A stretch of 63,647 nucleotides of DNA, counting the filler, from Stramenopiles sp. TOSAG23-3 (lineage: Eukaryota): the NCBI GenBank assembly GCA_900128585.1. It is 17 parts of 17 records of this genome, joined end to end, with 100 filler letters (N's around TTAATTAATTAA, not from the genome) between each part and the next. Parts side by side here need not be neighbours in the genome. Positions count along the whole stretch, not along the records: positions 41,318 to 44,963 come from LT644140.1; positions 45,064 to 48,704 come from LT644141.1; positions 48,805 to 52,442 come from LT644142.1; positions 52,543 to 56,180 come from LT644143.1; 13 more parts are not named here. One strand, written 5' to 3'. The notes under the pieces are model-generated. The model saw only the letters and a list, made by a program, of their open reading frames with translations, searched no databases and was not told the DNA's origin. Both the position numbers and the translations under genes were made by a program. The stretch's first letter is position 1; every line of letters starts with the position of its first letter. Of this stretch, positions 41,740-54,044 are shown in pieces.

Positions 41740-44700
41740 ATGAGAAGTGGCCGGAAGGATAAGCTAGCGGAAAGGCGGAAGAAAAAACACATACAGTTGG
41801 CGTTCTACGAGACTAGTGGAAACAGCAGTTCTACGTCCAACAGTGTTCGCCGAGAACGTTCGTCATCAAAGTTAAGCAGGAGCAGCCGAAATAGAGATAC
41901 ACGCTCCAAAGAAGAGCGAAGGAGGCGATATGCGCGGGACCAGAAAAATACCGGGAGCCTACCGTATTTGCAAAAAGAATTGAAGCACAGCGGAGTTCCA
42001 GCGGAGTATGTCCAGCGAAATTCCAGCTTTACCATGCTTGTCCCACAGCAGTACGGTTATTCCCAAACGGGAAGCTTGGGCGGCGAGGACAGCGAGGCAT
42101 CAACAGACGCTGCTGCCGCAAACACTTTTCACGCTAGCCTTAGCGAGTCCATGGGGCACGTGGCCGTGCCCCAAGGGCAGAGTGGGTTAGGCCCAAAGCC
42201 TAACGGTAGCCAAGTCTTTAACTCAGAAACGAATAGAATGAAACTGCCAAATAATTTGCCCATATTGAGGTTGGGAGTTCCAAGCGTTAAAGCAAGGGGG
42301 ATGCTGATTTTGAAAAACGTACAATCGCGTCAGACAGAATCCAATGTGCCCGACCCTATCGAACAACGTGCGTCCGCCCCCTATGACGGCGTAGATTCGG
42401 GAGGGTCAAGCACTGGGAATGTCAACGCAGCTCACTACGAGGGGAGCAATTTTGTGAGGTACGGACCAAACAACAGCAGGACAACCACCCCTGGCGTAGA
42501 AGGGCAGTTTTTCAGTGATCTCCAGTCCGGGCCGTATGACATACTGGATCAAAACCTACCAAAACTAGGGGCCCGTCGAGTCTCGAACAAAAAGGTTTTG
42601 AAGTTAGGCGATAGGTTAAGCGGGGTAATGAAAGCGCGGTCCGAAGAGCTTGCCCAAAAACTGCTCACGTCGAAAAAAGACGAGCAGACGGCGCAAGACC
42701 CTTCCTTTAGATTTTATTTTTCGCCGGGCGTTGAAGCGGTACGTTCGTGCCCACCAGGAGTCTGGTATGAAAAAATGGAAGTCGTTCGTCCGGAGAGCAA
42801 AAGCGATCGAGCGGTTGCTGATGAAGGTCACTCCGTACGCCATTTGCATTCAACGTCATATTCGCGGGTATCTCGGCCGAAAAAGGGCAGCAATCATGCG
42901 CGAGATTCGCCGGGTGGAGTTGAAGCGCTTGCGTTTAAATATGTCTGTGCGCATTCAGTGCTGGTGGAGGCTAGTAATTGTGTTGACAAAAATTCGCATT
43001 CGGACGGCCCAAAATTTAGAAGCAAAGCGACAGCGTTCCGCGACAAAACTCCAATGGGCTTTTAGGGGACACATGGGACGAAAGAAAGCGCGCAAGCTTC
43101 TGCGCATCAAGTTGACACGAGTCATGAGAGATCTTCTTAAATACGAGCATATGCTGACGGAAGAAGAGCACGTGATATTGGAGGCTTGTAGTGCAATTTT
43201 GTTCGATCAGCGAGACGACCCGCGGTGGGAACGGGAGAGCATTTACACCTCCACCGACATTCGGCGAGCAATTACTTTGTGCATGAAGATGGAAAAATCC
43301 CGGTGCGATCGCGCAAAACGGAAGAGAGACAAGCATTTGTTGGACATCATGAAAGAGAAGCAAAGAATGAAGATGGAAATGTTGAACAAACAGAAAGAGA
43401 AGTACGCAAAAAAATTAGCCGAAGAGCAAGCGAAGCTTGCTGAAATTGCATGCCGGGAGGAAGAGGAGCGACAGCACGCCTTGAAACTCAAAGAGGAGCA
43501 GGCCGAAGCGGAGCGACTTCGGAAAGAGTTGGAAGAGCAGGTGCTGGCAGATGAAATGAAAAAAATCATGGCATCGCGCGAGCACTTAAAGGAAGACGAA
43601 GAAGCGGAGCGCAAGGCGCTCAAGCAATTGGAGGACATAGAACGAGAAAGGATTGCAAAACTGAAAGCAGAGGATTTGGTAAAGTCGGACGCAAAACGTT
43701 TGAGAAAAGAGGAGCAGCTGAGAGCCCAGGAGGAAAAGCTAGCAAAGCTGGGCATTATTGCCAAAAAGGAAGAAGAAGGGGACAGCAAGGAGGAAGGCAC
43801 GGAAAACCCAGACGATGCAGCTGAGAGCAAGGCCCCCGACACCGAAGAAAAGGCGGAACTAAAAGATGCCGTTACGAAAAAAGCAGTGCAGCGCGGAGGG
43901 GGCGACCCGTTCAAGGTGGTGTGCGACACTCCCTACGACACGGACGACCAAGACGAATTAAACATGAACGTGGGCGAAGAGATCATCGTTCTGGACCGTG
44001 GTGACACCAGCGGTGACGCAAACTGGTGGAATGGAGAAAATAAAGCAACTGGGGCATCGGGTATCTTTCCCAGCGACTGCATCAAAGTCATTCGGAAGAA
44101 AGTCATCGCCAAAGAAAATTTTGTTCCTGAAACCGAGGAGGAGCTGGCCTTGGAGGAGGGAGATTACATAGCTATTTTTGAGTGGGATGGCGCGGAATGG
44201 TGGCGAGGGGAGAACATGTCGAGTAAAAAGAATGGAATTTTTCCGTCAGATGTTGTCATCACGGAAGAAGAGTTTCAAATAGCAGAGGAGAAACGACAAG
44301 CGTTGGAGAAGAAGCAAGAAGAGGAAGAAATGGCAAGGATGGCAGAAATGGCAATGGAAGGGATTGCTTCGCAAGACGACGACGACGGAGAGCGCGCACT
44401 GCGGGTAGTTTTTGACCTGCTAGATTACAACAGAGATGGCACGCTAGAAAGAAAGGATATAATCTATTCATGCATGGACGGCGGCAGAATGGAAAATATC
44501 TTGCAGGCCTGTGGAAAGTTGAGAATTTGGCTCCGGCCCAGCACGATTCATCGGTTTGTGCGCTGTATTGACTATCCGCTCAACAATGGGCACGGAACCT
44601 TTGAGCAGTTTAAGACCTTTATACGCAATCCCCACGTGATCGAGGCGAAACTTTTGAATCAGGACAAGCAGGTACAGGACGCGAAGGACAAGAACGAAGA

Positions 44701-44899
44701 GACGAAAGAGGAGGCGGAGATGGCTTTGGCAGCAGAGGCGGAGGAGTCGGCAAAGCGCAAAAAGGACGAACCACTTGACGATGCCAGTAGCTTGATACCC
44801 GACACAGGCGAGCCAGACTTTGATGTATTGCCACCCCGAGGAATCAAGCGCTCCGAATACAAGTGCAAGCTGTTACCGTGCTTGTTGAAACAGGAATAA
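41740..44899 (+). CDS. IQ-motif, coiled-coil, tandem SH3 and EF-hand protein; two frames joined near 42615-42710
   Basis: IQ motifs (IQRHIRGYLGRK, LQWAFRGHMGRK), two SH3 domains (WWNGEN...GIFPSD, WWRGEN...GIFPSD), EF-hand VFDLLDYNRDGTLE; the upstream ORF 41740-43065 overlaps in another frame. Confidence 0.75.
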
Positions 44900-45226
44900 A
44901 TGTGGGAATGCCCTCCTTAACGTGGAAACTCATTTAAAAGCAAGAAAATTGGCTGTTATTTAANNNNNNNNNNNNNNNNNNNNNNNNNNNNNNNNNNNNN
45001 NNNNNNNTTAATTAATTAANNNNNNNNNNNNNNNNNNNNNNNNNNNNNNNNNNNNNNNNNNNNGGTCTTGGCTGGAAAGGCGGTGATGCATCTATGAGAG
45101 GGGTACTTTGATTTATCAATCAAATTACGAATCTCAGCACCACAACCCTTAATATTACCTACCTTAATAATCCCAGAACTAACAGACGAATAGTCAAATA
45201 AATTTCTTTTTAACAGCAACACATCA

Positions 45227-48200
45227 ATGAGCAATTTCGGACGATTCAGTTTGTTACACCATGAGGGTGGTAGTGAACAAGAAGACGAATACGACAGAAA
45301 TTTTCCTCGTACCCTTGGTATAACATCAGATTTTCCTCGTATAACATCATCACAAGAAGCTCAAATGGAGGAAGAAAATGAGTTAAGTGATGAAATCCGT
45401 CGTGCCGAACATGAGAAAAGGATGAGGAAGGAGTTTGAAGATGACAAGAAAGAAGAGAATCGAAAGAAGAGTATCTTATCCTCCTTAAATACTGATACAT
45501 ATCCTGAAGTTACTCCTCCTGCTTCTCCTGCTTCACCTGTTGTTCGTAAACTGAATTTCAGTGATGGTAACAATGTTAAGGAAAACAAGAGAGACGGTTT
45601 TCAACAACCAGTAATTGACCTCCTTAGCTCTAGTGAAGATGACGAACCAGAAGCACAAGATCAGGACAAGGCCGATTGGGAATTGTGGCGTGGAAGTATA
45701 CGCGATAGTTTAAGTTCATACGGAGTAGAACGACACAACTACAGTAATGATGCGAATAAATTGAAAAAGGCAATACAGCGTCTGCCAGAATGTTCTATTC
45801 AGAGACTATGCAAAATGAAAAACTACGGCTTTCCATTCCTTACTGCCTGTATTACCTGTGCAAACAATTTGCCTAGCGGCAGCAGTACAAGGAGGCCAGC
45901 TCCATATCCTAAGGAATCTTTTGATGTTAATAATATATCTAAGGAGCAATTAAATGAAGTAGTTCATGAATATACCGAAAGAGACCTTAAGCAACAACAA
46001 TCACTGAGGTATATGATAAGTTTACTACACAAATTTCAGCATAACCATGATCGGCTTTTCGATAGGACCGAATTTGAACAAAATGTACTTGATACTTTTA
46101 ACCAAGCGTCTGCAATTGTTTTAGAAAATTCTAAGAATACGGATATCTGTACTCTCTCTGAGAAAATACTAACACACGGAAAACGAAAAGGAAAATCATA
46201 TAGCTGGGTGGTAGCAAATGAACCCTTCTATTGTAATTGGGTATTATTGAATGGGGCTGATGGTAATATTAAGGCTACAAGTGGAACGTTTGAACATTTT
46301 AAAGGATTCCTAAAGCTTGTGTTCTATGGTGAAGCAAAGAAACCCTTACCGGAAAAACGAGATATTGATTATAAGTCCTGGTCTCCACTGAAGAATCACA
46401 ATCTATTACTTGACCAATACCCTGTTCTAAAAAAGTATTTTGAAGATAAAATAATCCGTACTGAAGCCGCTTTAAAAGAAGTATTGAGTGAGTTTGATAG
46501 GAAGGAAGATTTCAAGCTCATTACAAGACAATCATCGTTTAGCAGTGATTCGCGGGAGCAATTTGTACATAGGAGATGCAAATATACAAGAGAATGTACC
46601 TGTGAAATGCGGTTGAAATTCTTCAAACCAACAGAAGAAGAGGCGGAAGAACATTTTAATAGGAATAGTGTACACCCGGTGAAACAGGGTCAATTCTTGT
46701 TGACTGCATGGAGTGGACCAATTGAGAACTGTACTTGTATGAAGAACTTGTACTTAAGCGACAGTAAAAAAATTACAAACATAAACAAACATTTCGATAG
46801 GTTCAGCGTGAATGATTTAGTACCGTTACTTATGCCCTACGTTGAAGTCAATCCGAATATAAAAATGCAAGATATGCTTTGCATACTACGAGAAAATGAA
46901 AGGGCAGGTATGAAATTTGATAGGGACATGTTCCTCGATCACTTCAATAATCTTAATGTTGTGAAGATGATAGAGAGGGCAAAACGGGTGATAAACATCA
47001 GTAACTTTGGAAGTCGAAACTGCTTGGGTATGCTACACCATATGCAAGACTTCCTTCAAAAAAGTGATAAAGACACTCAATTTAAGGTAATAAGGGATGA
47101 GGAAAATCATTATGTGTATTCCTACCTATTGTGTGGTTATGCAAAACGCATGGAATTTAAGAAAACCTTAGTTATTGATGCAGCCCACACAATTTCTTTG
47201 CATGGCTTTTCTAACTGTACTGGAAAGATGTACTTAATTGTTGGAATCGATCAAAATGATCAAAGTTGGCCACTATGTATTATGCACAGCTCGAACGAGA
47301 AGACAGAGACATGGTCACAGCTTTTTAACATTGCAGAAATAAAAAAATTGATAGAGGAGAATCTCCTCCTATCAGATGAGCATAAAAGTATAATTGCTGC
47401 AGTAAAAAAGGTGTTTGGAGATGAATACTACAAAAAATCGTATAAAAATTGCATGATACATAGGCGTGGAAACATTAGGAAAAAACATAAGCACAAACAG
47501 GCAAAACTATTTCAAAATATGTGCTACTCAACAAATAGAAAAGAGTATGAGTACTGGAAAAAGCAAGTCTGCCCTTCAGCATTGAAATACATTGTGACAA
47601 ACCATGGGGAACAGTATTTCATGATCGATGATCAAGTACCACGAGATGTGAAGACTGGAAATCCATGCGAACATAAGAATAGTATGGGAGTTCGTTATAC
47701 GAAATGTTTGCCTGGTAGTTATGCACGATGGGCTTATGGGCCTTTGATACTTCTACGGTTCTATACCTATCATATGTATATGATAATACACTACACTGAC
47801 AAAATTAGTAAAATATTACCTGAACCAGTATTAACCAGAAGAGCTGAAGAAAAATTTGAAAAAGAGTTACTGCGATCAAAACATCTTAAGTTCAGGAACA
47901 AAACAAAACAAAATGATCCTCGGATACTTTCACAGCAAGGGTATTATAAACCATACACTGGTAAAAAAGACCCCACTAAGGACACCATAATAAATAGAGG
48001 TTGTCAAGTATTTGACGATAGGGCAGATAGGGAATACTACACAGTCACATTACAGGAGAATGGAAAATGGGCCCTTAAATGTACGTGTAATTATATGGAC
48101 TATGAGGGTATTCCATGTCGTCATATCTTATTTGCTGCAGTGAAAGCTAAAATTAATGTTCAAAAGACATTTCATCCACTGTGTGATAAAAAATACCACT

Positions 48201-48583
48201 ACATTAAATACAAGGAGAATATGGAGAATGCTCTGTCGCGAGACTTCTACAGCGCAATACCACCTCGCTGGACTGCTGGAAATTACGAGTTAAACCTCCA
48301 AAGGCTACTACATGACCCAGATCAACTTGATACGTGCAATAAAATACTACCAACCTACAAAGGATTCTTGTTCTCATTTAATAAAGAGGGACTCCAAAAA
48401 GATGACTTAAAAGAATGGGACGAAGACGTCTTTAAGAACAGGTTACAAGGAGGAGGAAAGAAGAGGAAAAGGGGGGCAATGGATTTAGATTCTAAAACTA
48501 ACAGGCGTAAAGCACATGAAAAAGGGACTCCAGGCCCCCGGAACAGAAGCAGCCCGTTATCATCTCAACAACACCAACCATAA
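45227..48583 (+). mobile_element. Mutator-like (MULE) transposase with a SWIM zinc finger
   Basis: VIDAAHT, LSDEHKSII.AV..VF, CMIH (CxxH), TGNPCEHKN, SWIM CTCNYMDYEGIPCRH; 1118 aa uninterrupted and AT-richer than host genes. Confidence 0.9.
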
Positions 48584-48923
48584 TTTTACATTACAGATAT
48601 TATCAATTCATTTGTTGTACTTATGTACGAATTAGAATACCATTATTATTAAATCATATCACTTTATTGTACTTCTATAGGAGTTAGAATACCATTATTA
48701 TTAANNNNNNNNNNNNNNNNNNNNNNNNNNNNNNNNNNNNNNNNNNNNTTAATTAATTAANNNNNNNNNNNNNNNNNNNNNNNNNNNNNNNNNNNNNNNN
48801 NNNNAATATTTTTTACATTTCTCTCTCTTCTTTCTTTCCACCTTTCCACCTTTTGAAAATACTGCTACCTTCATCTGGTTGAATTGATGTTTTTAAAGAA
48901 GCAGTTTAACATAAATAATAATA

Positions 48924-49745
48924 ATGAATAAAGTATTTACCTGCTACGCCATTCTTGCTACAGCATTCATTGCGACGTGTGTCAAAGCCGAGTATCCGTC
49001 GTGCTGCACGGGCGGCGTTGCGCCGCAGAGCAACTGCACGGGCCTCGACCAGCACGACTGCGAGTTTCACCTGCCGCAATGTGCCTGGGGGCCTTCGAAG
49101 GAATGCTCACCTCCTTCCTTTCCTACAAGCTTTTCACTCGTCGCTGCACCCTACGGTCACTTCACTGAAGCTCACATGGATGGCAACACGAAAACGTATG
49201 CAATGCGAAAGTTTGGTGGCTCGCAAGATTTACAAGCGTTTGAGGCAATATTTTGCAACGCCACAGGACTTTACACGTTCTACAGTGCACAGGTAGGCAA
49301 TTGTTACTACCAGCAATCGAACACTTGCGACGATCTCAGTTTTCGAAACGCTGTCGCGTTTCTCGCAGATGCAAAAGACGATACTCTCATTTTATTGGTG
49401 AACGGAATTAATCCAAAGTCCGTTCCTTTTTCCTCCAGCACTGGAAATATTGTTTGGTCGGAAAGGACGCCAGCGTGTTCCGACGAAGCGTTCTTGTACG
49501 TCAATGTGACGCTATCCGCGGACAACGCCTTGTTGGCTTGGTCAAGAGGTTCGGCGGTGATTAACCAACTGAATAATACCTGCACAGTCACAAACACTGG
49601 GAGGACGTTTACTAATTTTGTTTCGTCGTCCAATATAACAAGTAAAATGGTGGAAACGTTTGTTAATGGGCGTATTGTTGGAGAAGGTCTGAACTGTTTA
49701 TCAGGCCGCGATTTCTACGATAAGAATACTTGGCGTAACATTTGA
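48924..49745 (+). CDS. Secreted Cys-containing hypothetical glycoprotein
   Basis: Signal peptide, small Cys-rich N-terminal module, several NxT sites; 273 aa. Confidence 0.75.
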   Translation: MNKVFTCYAILATAFIATCVKAEYPSCCTGGVAPQSNCTGLDQHDCEFHLPQCAWGPSKECSPPSFPTSFSLVAAPYGHFTEAHMDGNTKTYAMRKFGGSQDLQAFEAIFCNATGLYTFYSAQVGNCYYQQSNTCDDLSFRNAVAFLADAKDDTLILLVNGINPKSVPFSSSTGNIVWSERTPACSDEAFLYVNVTLSADNALLAWSRGSAVINQLNNTCTVTNTGRTFTNFVSSSNITSKMVETFVNGRIVGEGLNCLSGRDFYDKNTWRNI

Positions 49746-49954
49746 TGACATCAAACGGATTAAAAGAAAGTTTTAATGGTACTCAATAATAAACAAGAAG
49801 AACAACAGTTATCATCACATAATAACCATAATATTAAACGCACGATGTGGCCGGTACCCGATACGCATAAAAATTCCCTGTCATATTAATTTTTCATATC
49901 GGGATCCATACACGTAGATTTTTTCTTGCATGCGTTTATAGCTTTACACCTTGA

Positions 49955-50957
49955 TTACAATATTTCGTAATGGACATGATCAGGGATACCAAACCGTAGA
50001 GTGGCGCTCAATCGGTCGTCGGGACATGGCAAAACCTCGTGCTCGACTTTGTACCGGGCGTCACGTGCAAGTGCGTACACATCGCCTGGTTCGACTTGAA
50101 ACTCGATGGTGCCTACTCTGATCATGTTGTCTCCCTGGAGGACCGCGGTGCTTATGATCTTTCCGCCCTTTGTAAAATCGTCCAAATGCATCCCAACGCG
50201 GCTGCCTCGTTCCATACGTTGCATCTGAATAAAGAGGCACTCTTGTCCCTGCACATCTGGTATGTGCTTCGATATGGTGTCTTGAATTTTTATAATATTT
50301 TCTGCGCCATCCACGAAATCTCCATCAGCCTGGCCCCGTTTTAAGATCGTTTTAAGGTTCGGCCACGTCAGGGGGTCTGTATTGTTCGTAGAGCTCAACT
50401 CCGTCAACACCTTCGTTGCAAACAGCTCGTTTATCGCCGGGTAAGGTTGTAGTGGCAACATCCAGCGGCCATTGTGGTATTCGTACCATTCTAAAAATTC
50501 GTTGGCTTTACCTTTCGTCCGGTACGGTGTCCCATCGCCCCCCTGAATGCGGTTTCCGCTTGTAATGTGTGACAGCAGAGAGTGAACGCTCTCGACTTCT
50601 AGCCCGCTCAGCACAGCCGGAATTACCCAGAGCCCTGGCATCTCAGGGTGCTCTGTCGGCACCCCCGCCGGCAATTCACGAATTTCCCACCGTTTCCACG
50701 ACGGGCGCAACATCTCTTTCTCTTTCATAGCTTTTATTTCTGGAGGCATGTCTGCCGTGTTACCAGACAAGAGCAAGTTTTCTACAACCCAGTAAGCTGC
50801 ACGATTCTTTAAATAAGTCGGGTGAAAGTATCGAAACAGCGACATAACGACCGAGCACTCCCCAGAAACCGGGCGACCCTTCTCTAGAATAACAGTAAGC
50901 AAGACGCAAAAAATGAGGCTCAAGCATGAAACCTCTATTTGGTTCTTAACCGGACAT
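49955..50957 (-). CDS. 2OG-Fe(II) dioxygenase, AlkB-like; probable intron 50884-50950
   Basis: HxD (MHLDD), distal H (VEHEV) and RLSATLR; ATG at 50957 joins in frame through a GTTAAG...CTTAC...TCTAG intron. Confidence 0.8.
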
Positions 50958-51608
50958 ATGTGAATATATAACCCTAACCTCGGTTTTTATGATAACCTGT
51001 GCATTGGGGTGTGTAGGATTTTAGTGCGAAACCGTTCTTCCGTTTTTCATTCGTTTGTACAAGTTTCTTTTTCGTGTAAACAAAAGGAGGAGGTTCTTCT
51101 TTTTTTTTTTGAGATTCTAAATAAATAAATAAATAATACTAAAAAGAGTCTTCAGCCTATGCCTATGTATAGGAAGTTGGATTGGACGGAGGAGGTATTA
51201 AAATCTCCTTCTTCTTCTTCTACTACTACCAAGGTACTACGTACTCATCATCTCTCCTCTCTCTCTAATAATTGACGGCCGCAAAATCACCAGGCCAATT
51301 AAAAATAACAAGGTGCAGTCGACCGGTGTATATTGTGATATTATAGTTTTATGGGGCACGTGCTTTGTTCAATCAATTCTTTAATCAGCCTATAACATTT
51401 TTTTATTTACTGAAACATCTCATCGAGAGCTTTCGCTTCATCTTGCTCGATTGCACTTCCATGCGCATTCCTTCACCTTCAATATCCATTTGCCCCGACG
51501 CCTGGTGCAATCCTGGCGGGAAAGGAAGGGTGATAGCAGGCGTTCTCGTCGTCGCCGCAAAGACCGTGCGATATACAACGCATTGGTGGACAACCGCTTC
51601 GAGCCAAA

Positions 51609-52007
51609 TTATTGTGCTTTCAATGCTTCTTCAGTGCCCGTAATTGTCATTGAATTGACAACGTCCGTATATCCCATACTTTCCAGTATTACTTTCCCTC
51701 TTGCACTACGACCACCAACAGCACAGTGGATTAAAATCGGTGTGTCTTTATCAGCAGGAAGTTTTGAACTTGTCCCTAGTCCAGGAAGTGGTATAAGCAA
51801 AACATGGGCTAGACTATCGTCTACGTGCCCAGCATCCCACTCGCTTTGAGAACGACAATCTATTACAGTGACCCCCTTTTTCTTCCCCTGCATTTTTAGC
51901 GTATCACGACTAGGAGCTTTACAACAGAAACAGTCGTAGTATGCAAATATAAGACCAACGGCGAGGAAAGGAATTAGTTGAACGGCGGTAGTGAGGTATG
52001 CCTCCAT
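51609..52007 (-). CDS. Single-domain rhodanese with an N-terminal membrane anchor
   Basis: VIDCRSQSEWDAGHV and active-site loop HCAVGGRS. Confidence 0.9.
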   Translation of the reverse strand: MEAYLTTAVQLIPFLAVGLIFAYYDCFCCKAPSRDTLKMQGKKKGVTVIDCRSQSEWDAGHVDDSLAHVLLIPLPGLGTSSKLPADKDTPILIHCAVGGRSARGKVILESMGYTDVVNSMTITGTEEALKAQ

Positions 52008-52628
52008 TAATTGTGTTACAATATCGATTAACAAACTTTGAACCAGGTTAAATGTTGATAAATTGTCGCCTGTCTATGATATATGGTATAAGAACTATAA
52101 AACCAGATTATCTTACACCCATAAAAGTAAAAAATGCCTTTCTTTATACGAGTATTTCTTAATAAGATTTTTAAAAGGGCGAGAGAGAAGAAGTTCAAAG
52201 TGGTGGTGCAGATCATATGATGATGTGATGATTTGTGATTATAATTATTCGCTTATGTGATTCATTCTTCTTCTTCTTCTTTTCATTTTTTTTTTCTATT
52301 ATTATTATTTAAATATCTTCTTTCTTTCTTTCTTTCTTTCTTTCTTCTTCTTTTGGTTTTTATTAAAAAATATTAATTATAGATTACAGGAACATAGTAT
52401 GATGAACAAGACAAAAAAAGAAAGATATTTTTTCTCCACCACNNNNNNNNNNNNNNNNNNNNNNNNNNNNNNNNNNNNNNNNNNNNTTAATTAATTAANN
52501 NNNNNNNNNNNNNNNNNNNNNNNNNNNNNNNNNNNNNNNNNNCATTGTTCTTGAACTGACACCTTCTTTTTTTCTTTTTAATTTTAATTACTTAAATAAC
52601 AGCCAATTTTCTTGTTTTTATACATATA

Positions 52629-53333
52629 TTAAAGCTCTGCCACTAACTTCCTCGCTTCTTCCTCGAGCTCTTTCACTTCGCTTAATGAGTCCTTGAAAGC
52701 AGCGGTCTCATCTCTTGTACTTTCCTCCAAAAATGTTGTATCTAGCATCCCCTTTCCTGTCCCCCAATCAAATTTTTCCAGCCATGGCTTTGATTCTGGG
52801 ACTTCAAACGCTGCTTTCGGAACGGCCATACTCTCCAACAATGCTGCCTGGGCGGACTGTTTCAGCTTTAAACGCTCGCCGTCTAAGGAGACCAGCTTCG
52901 GAAACTTGCGTAGCATTGTGGTTGTATACGATGGGTGGGAACACACTGGGTTGGAAAGATCCCCTGCTTTTAGGTACAAATGTTTTAAGTTGGGGCACGT
53001 AGAAAGTGCTTCGATATCTTCCACGGTTTGAATTTGGTTCCCTTGCAACTGTAAATGCTCAAGGGCCTCAAGCTTTTCAAGTCCTTCGATAAAATTAATT
53101 TTGTTCGACGAAAGATTCAGCTTGCACAGTTTGTTCAACGACGATAGCGGCCGCAAATCATCAACTTTCTGCCCCGTTAAGTCCAGCTCTATCAACGAAT
53201 TGCACTCTTCAATCCCACGCAGTGATGCAATTGCCCCAAGCCCTTTCTTCTGGCACGCATGGGCACTGATGTCCAGCCTCGACACCAACTCAAGGTCATA
53301 CGCACCGGACGCTTTCTTTAAAATATTGTCCAT
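52629..53333 (-). CDS. SDS22-like LRR protein, LRRC61-like
   Basis: LRRs plus the cap NPVCSHPSY...FPKLVSLDGERL; N-terminus ILKKASGAYDLELV resembles LRRC61. Confidence 0.8.
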   Translation of the reverse strand: MDNILKKASGAYDLELVSRLDISAHACQKKGLGAIASLRGIEECNSLIELDLTGQKVDDLRPLSSLNKLCKLNLSSNKINFIEGLEKLEALEHLQLQGNQIQTVEDIEALSTCPNLKHLYLKAGDLSNPVCSHPSYTTTMLRKFPKLVSLDGERLKLKQSAQAALLESMAVPKAAFEVPESKPWLEKFDWGTGKGMLDTTFLEESTRDETAAFKDSLSEVKELEEEARKLVAEL

Positions 53334-53534
53334 TCTTACGTACAAACTTTCGTTCACAAACAATACGAAACGTTCTCACAACAGGACAATAATTGATTTC
53401 GAACAGTTGAACAGTTGATCAGTTGATCAGTTGAGTAGACTAAAAACTCAAAACACTTCTTACTTTACTTCTTACTTCTTCTCTTTTTTTCAATACAAAA
53501 TTTTAAAACACAATATAATTTTTTAAAATTCAAC

Positions 53535-53790
53535 TTTTCCTCTTCTTCTCCTTCCCCTTCTTGTTCTTGTTCTTTCTTCTTTCTTCTTTCTTCTTCTTGT
53601 TCTTCTTTCTTCTTCTTTCTTCTTTCTTTTTCTTCTTTCTTTTTCTTCTTTCTTCTTCTTCTTCTTTCTTCTTCTTCTTCTTCATCTTCTTCTTCTTTCT
53701 TCTTCTTTCTTCTTCTTCTTCTTGTTCTTCATCTTCTTCTTCTTTCTTCTTCTTTCTTCTTCTTGTTCTTCTTTCTTCTTCCTTTCTTTT
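53535..53790. repeat. TTC/TTTC-rich low-complexity tract
   Basis: Visible; similar tracts at about 16000-16140, 30096-30195 and 41318-41400. Confidence 0.9.
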
Positions 53791-54044
53791 CGACTCTCGT
53801 TCATTCTTCATCATTGGTTCATTCACTCTCTTCGTTTTTGTATTATTCGCGTTGTTTGGTTTTTTACCAAAGAGTTGTAATATGTGTAATGTAATCAAGA
53901 AGCTTCACAGAGTTAAAGAAGGGCTGCAGCAGAAAGGTACAGGAAAGGTTTGTAAAACTGTTCCAAGTATTTTGAACGTTCAGCCTTTTCAGGAGTGTCG
54001 AATTGACCACGAAAATAGTTAACAAGAAAGACGCAGATACGACG

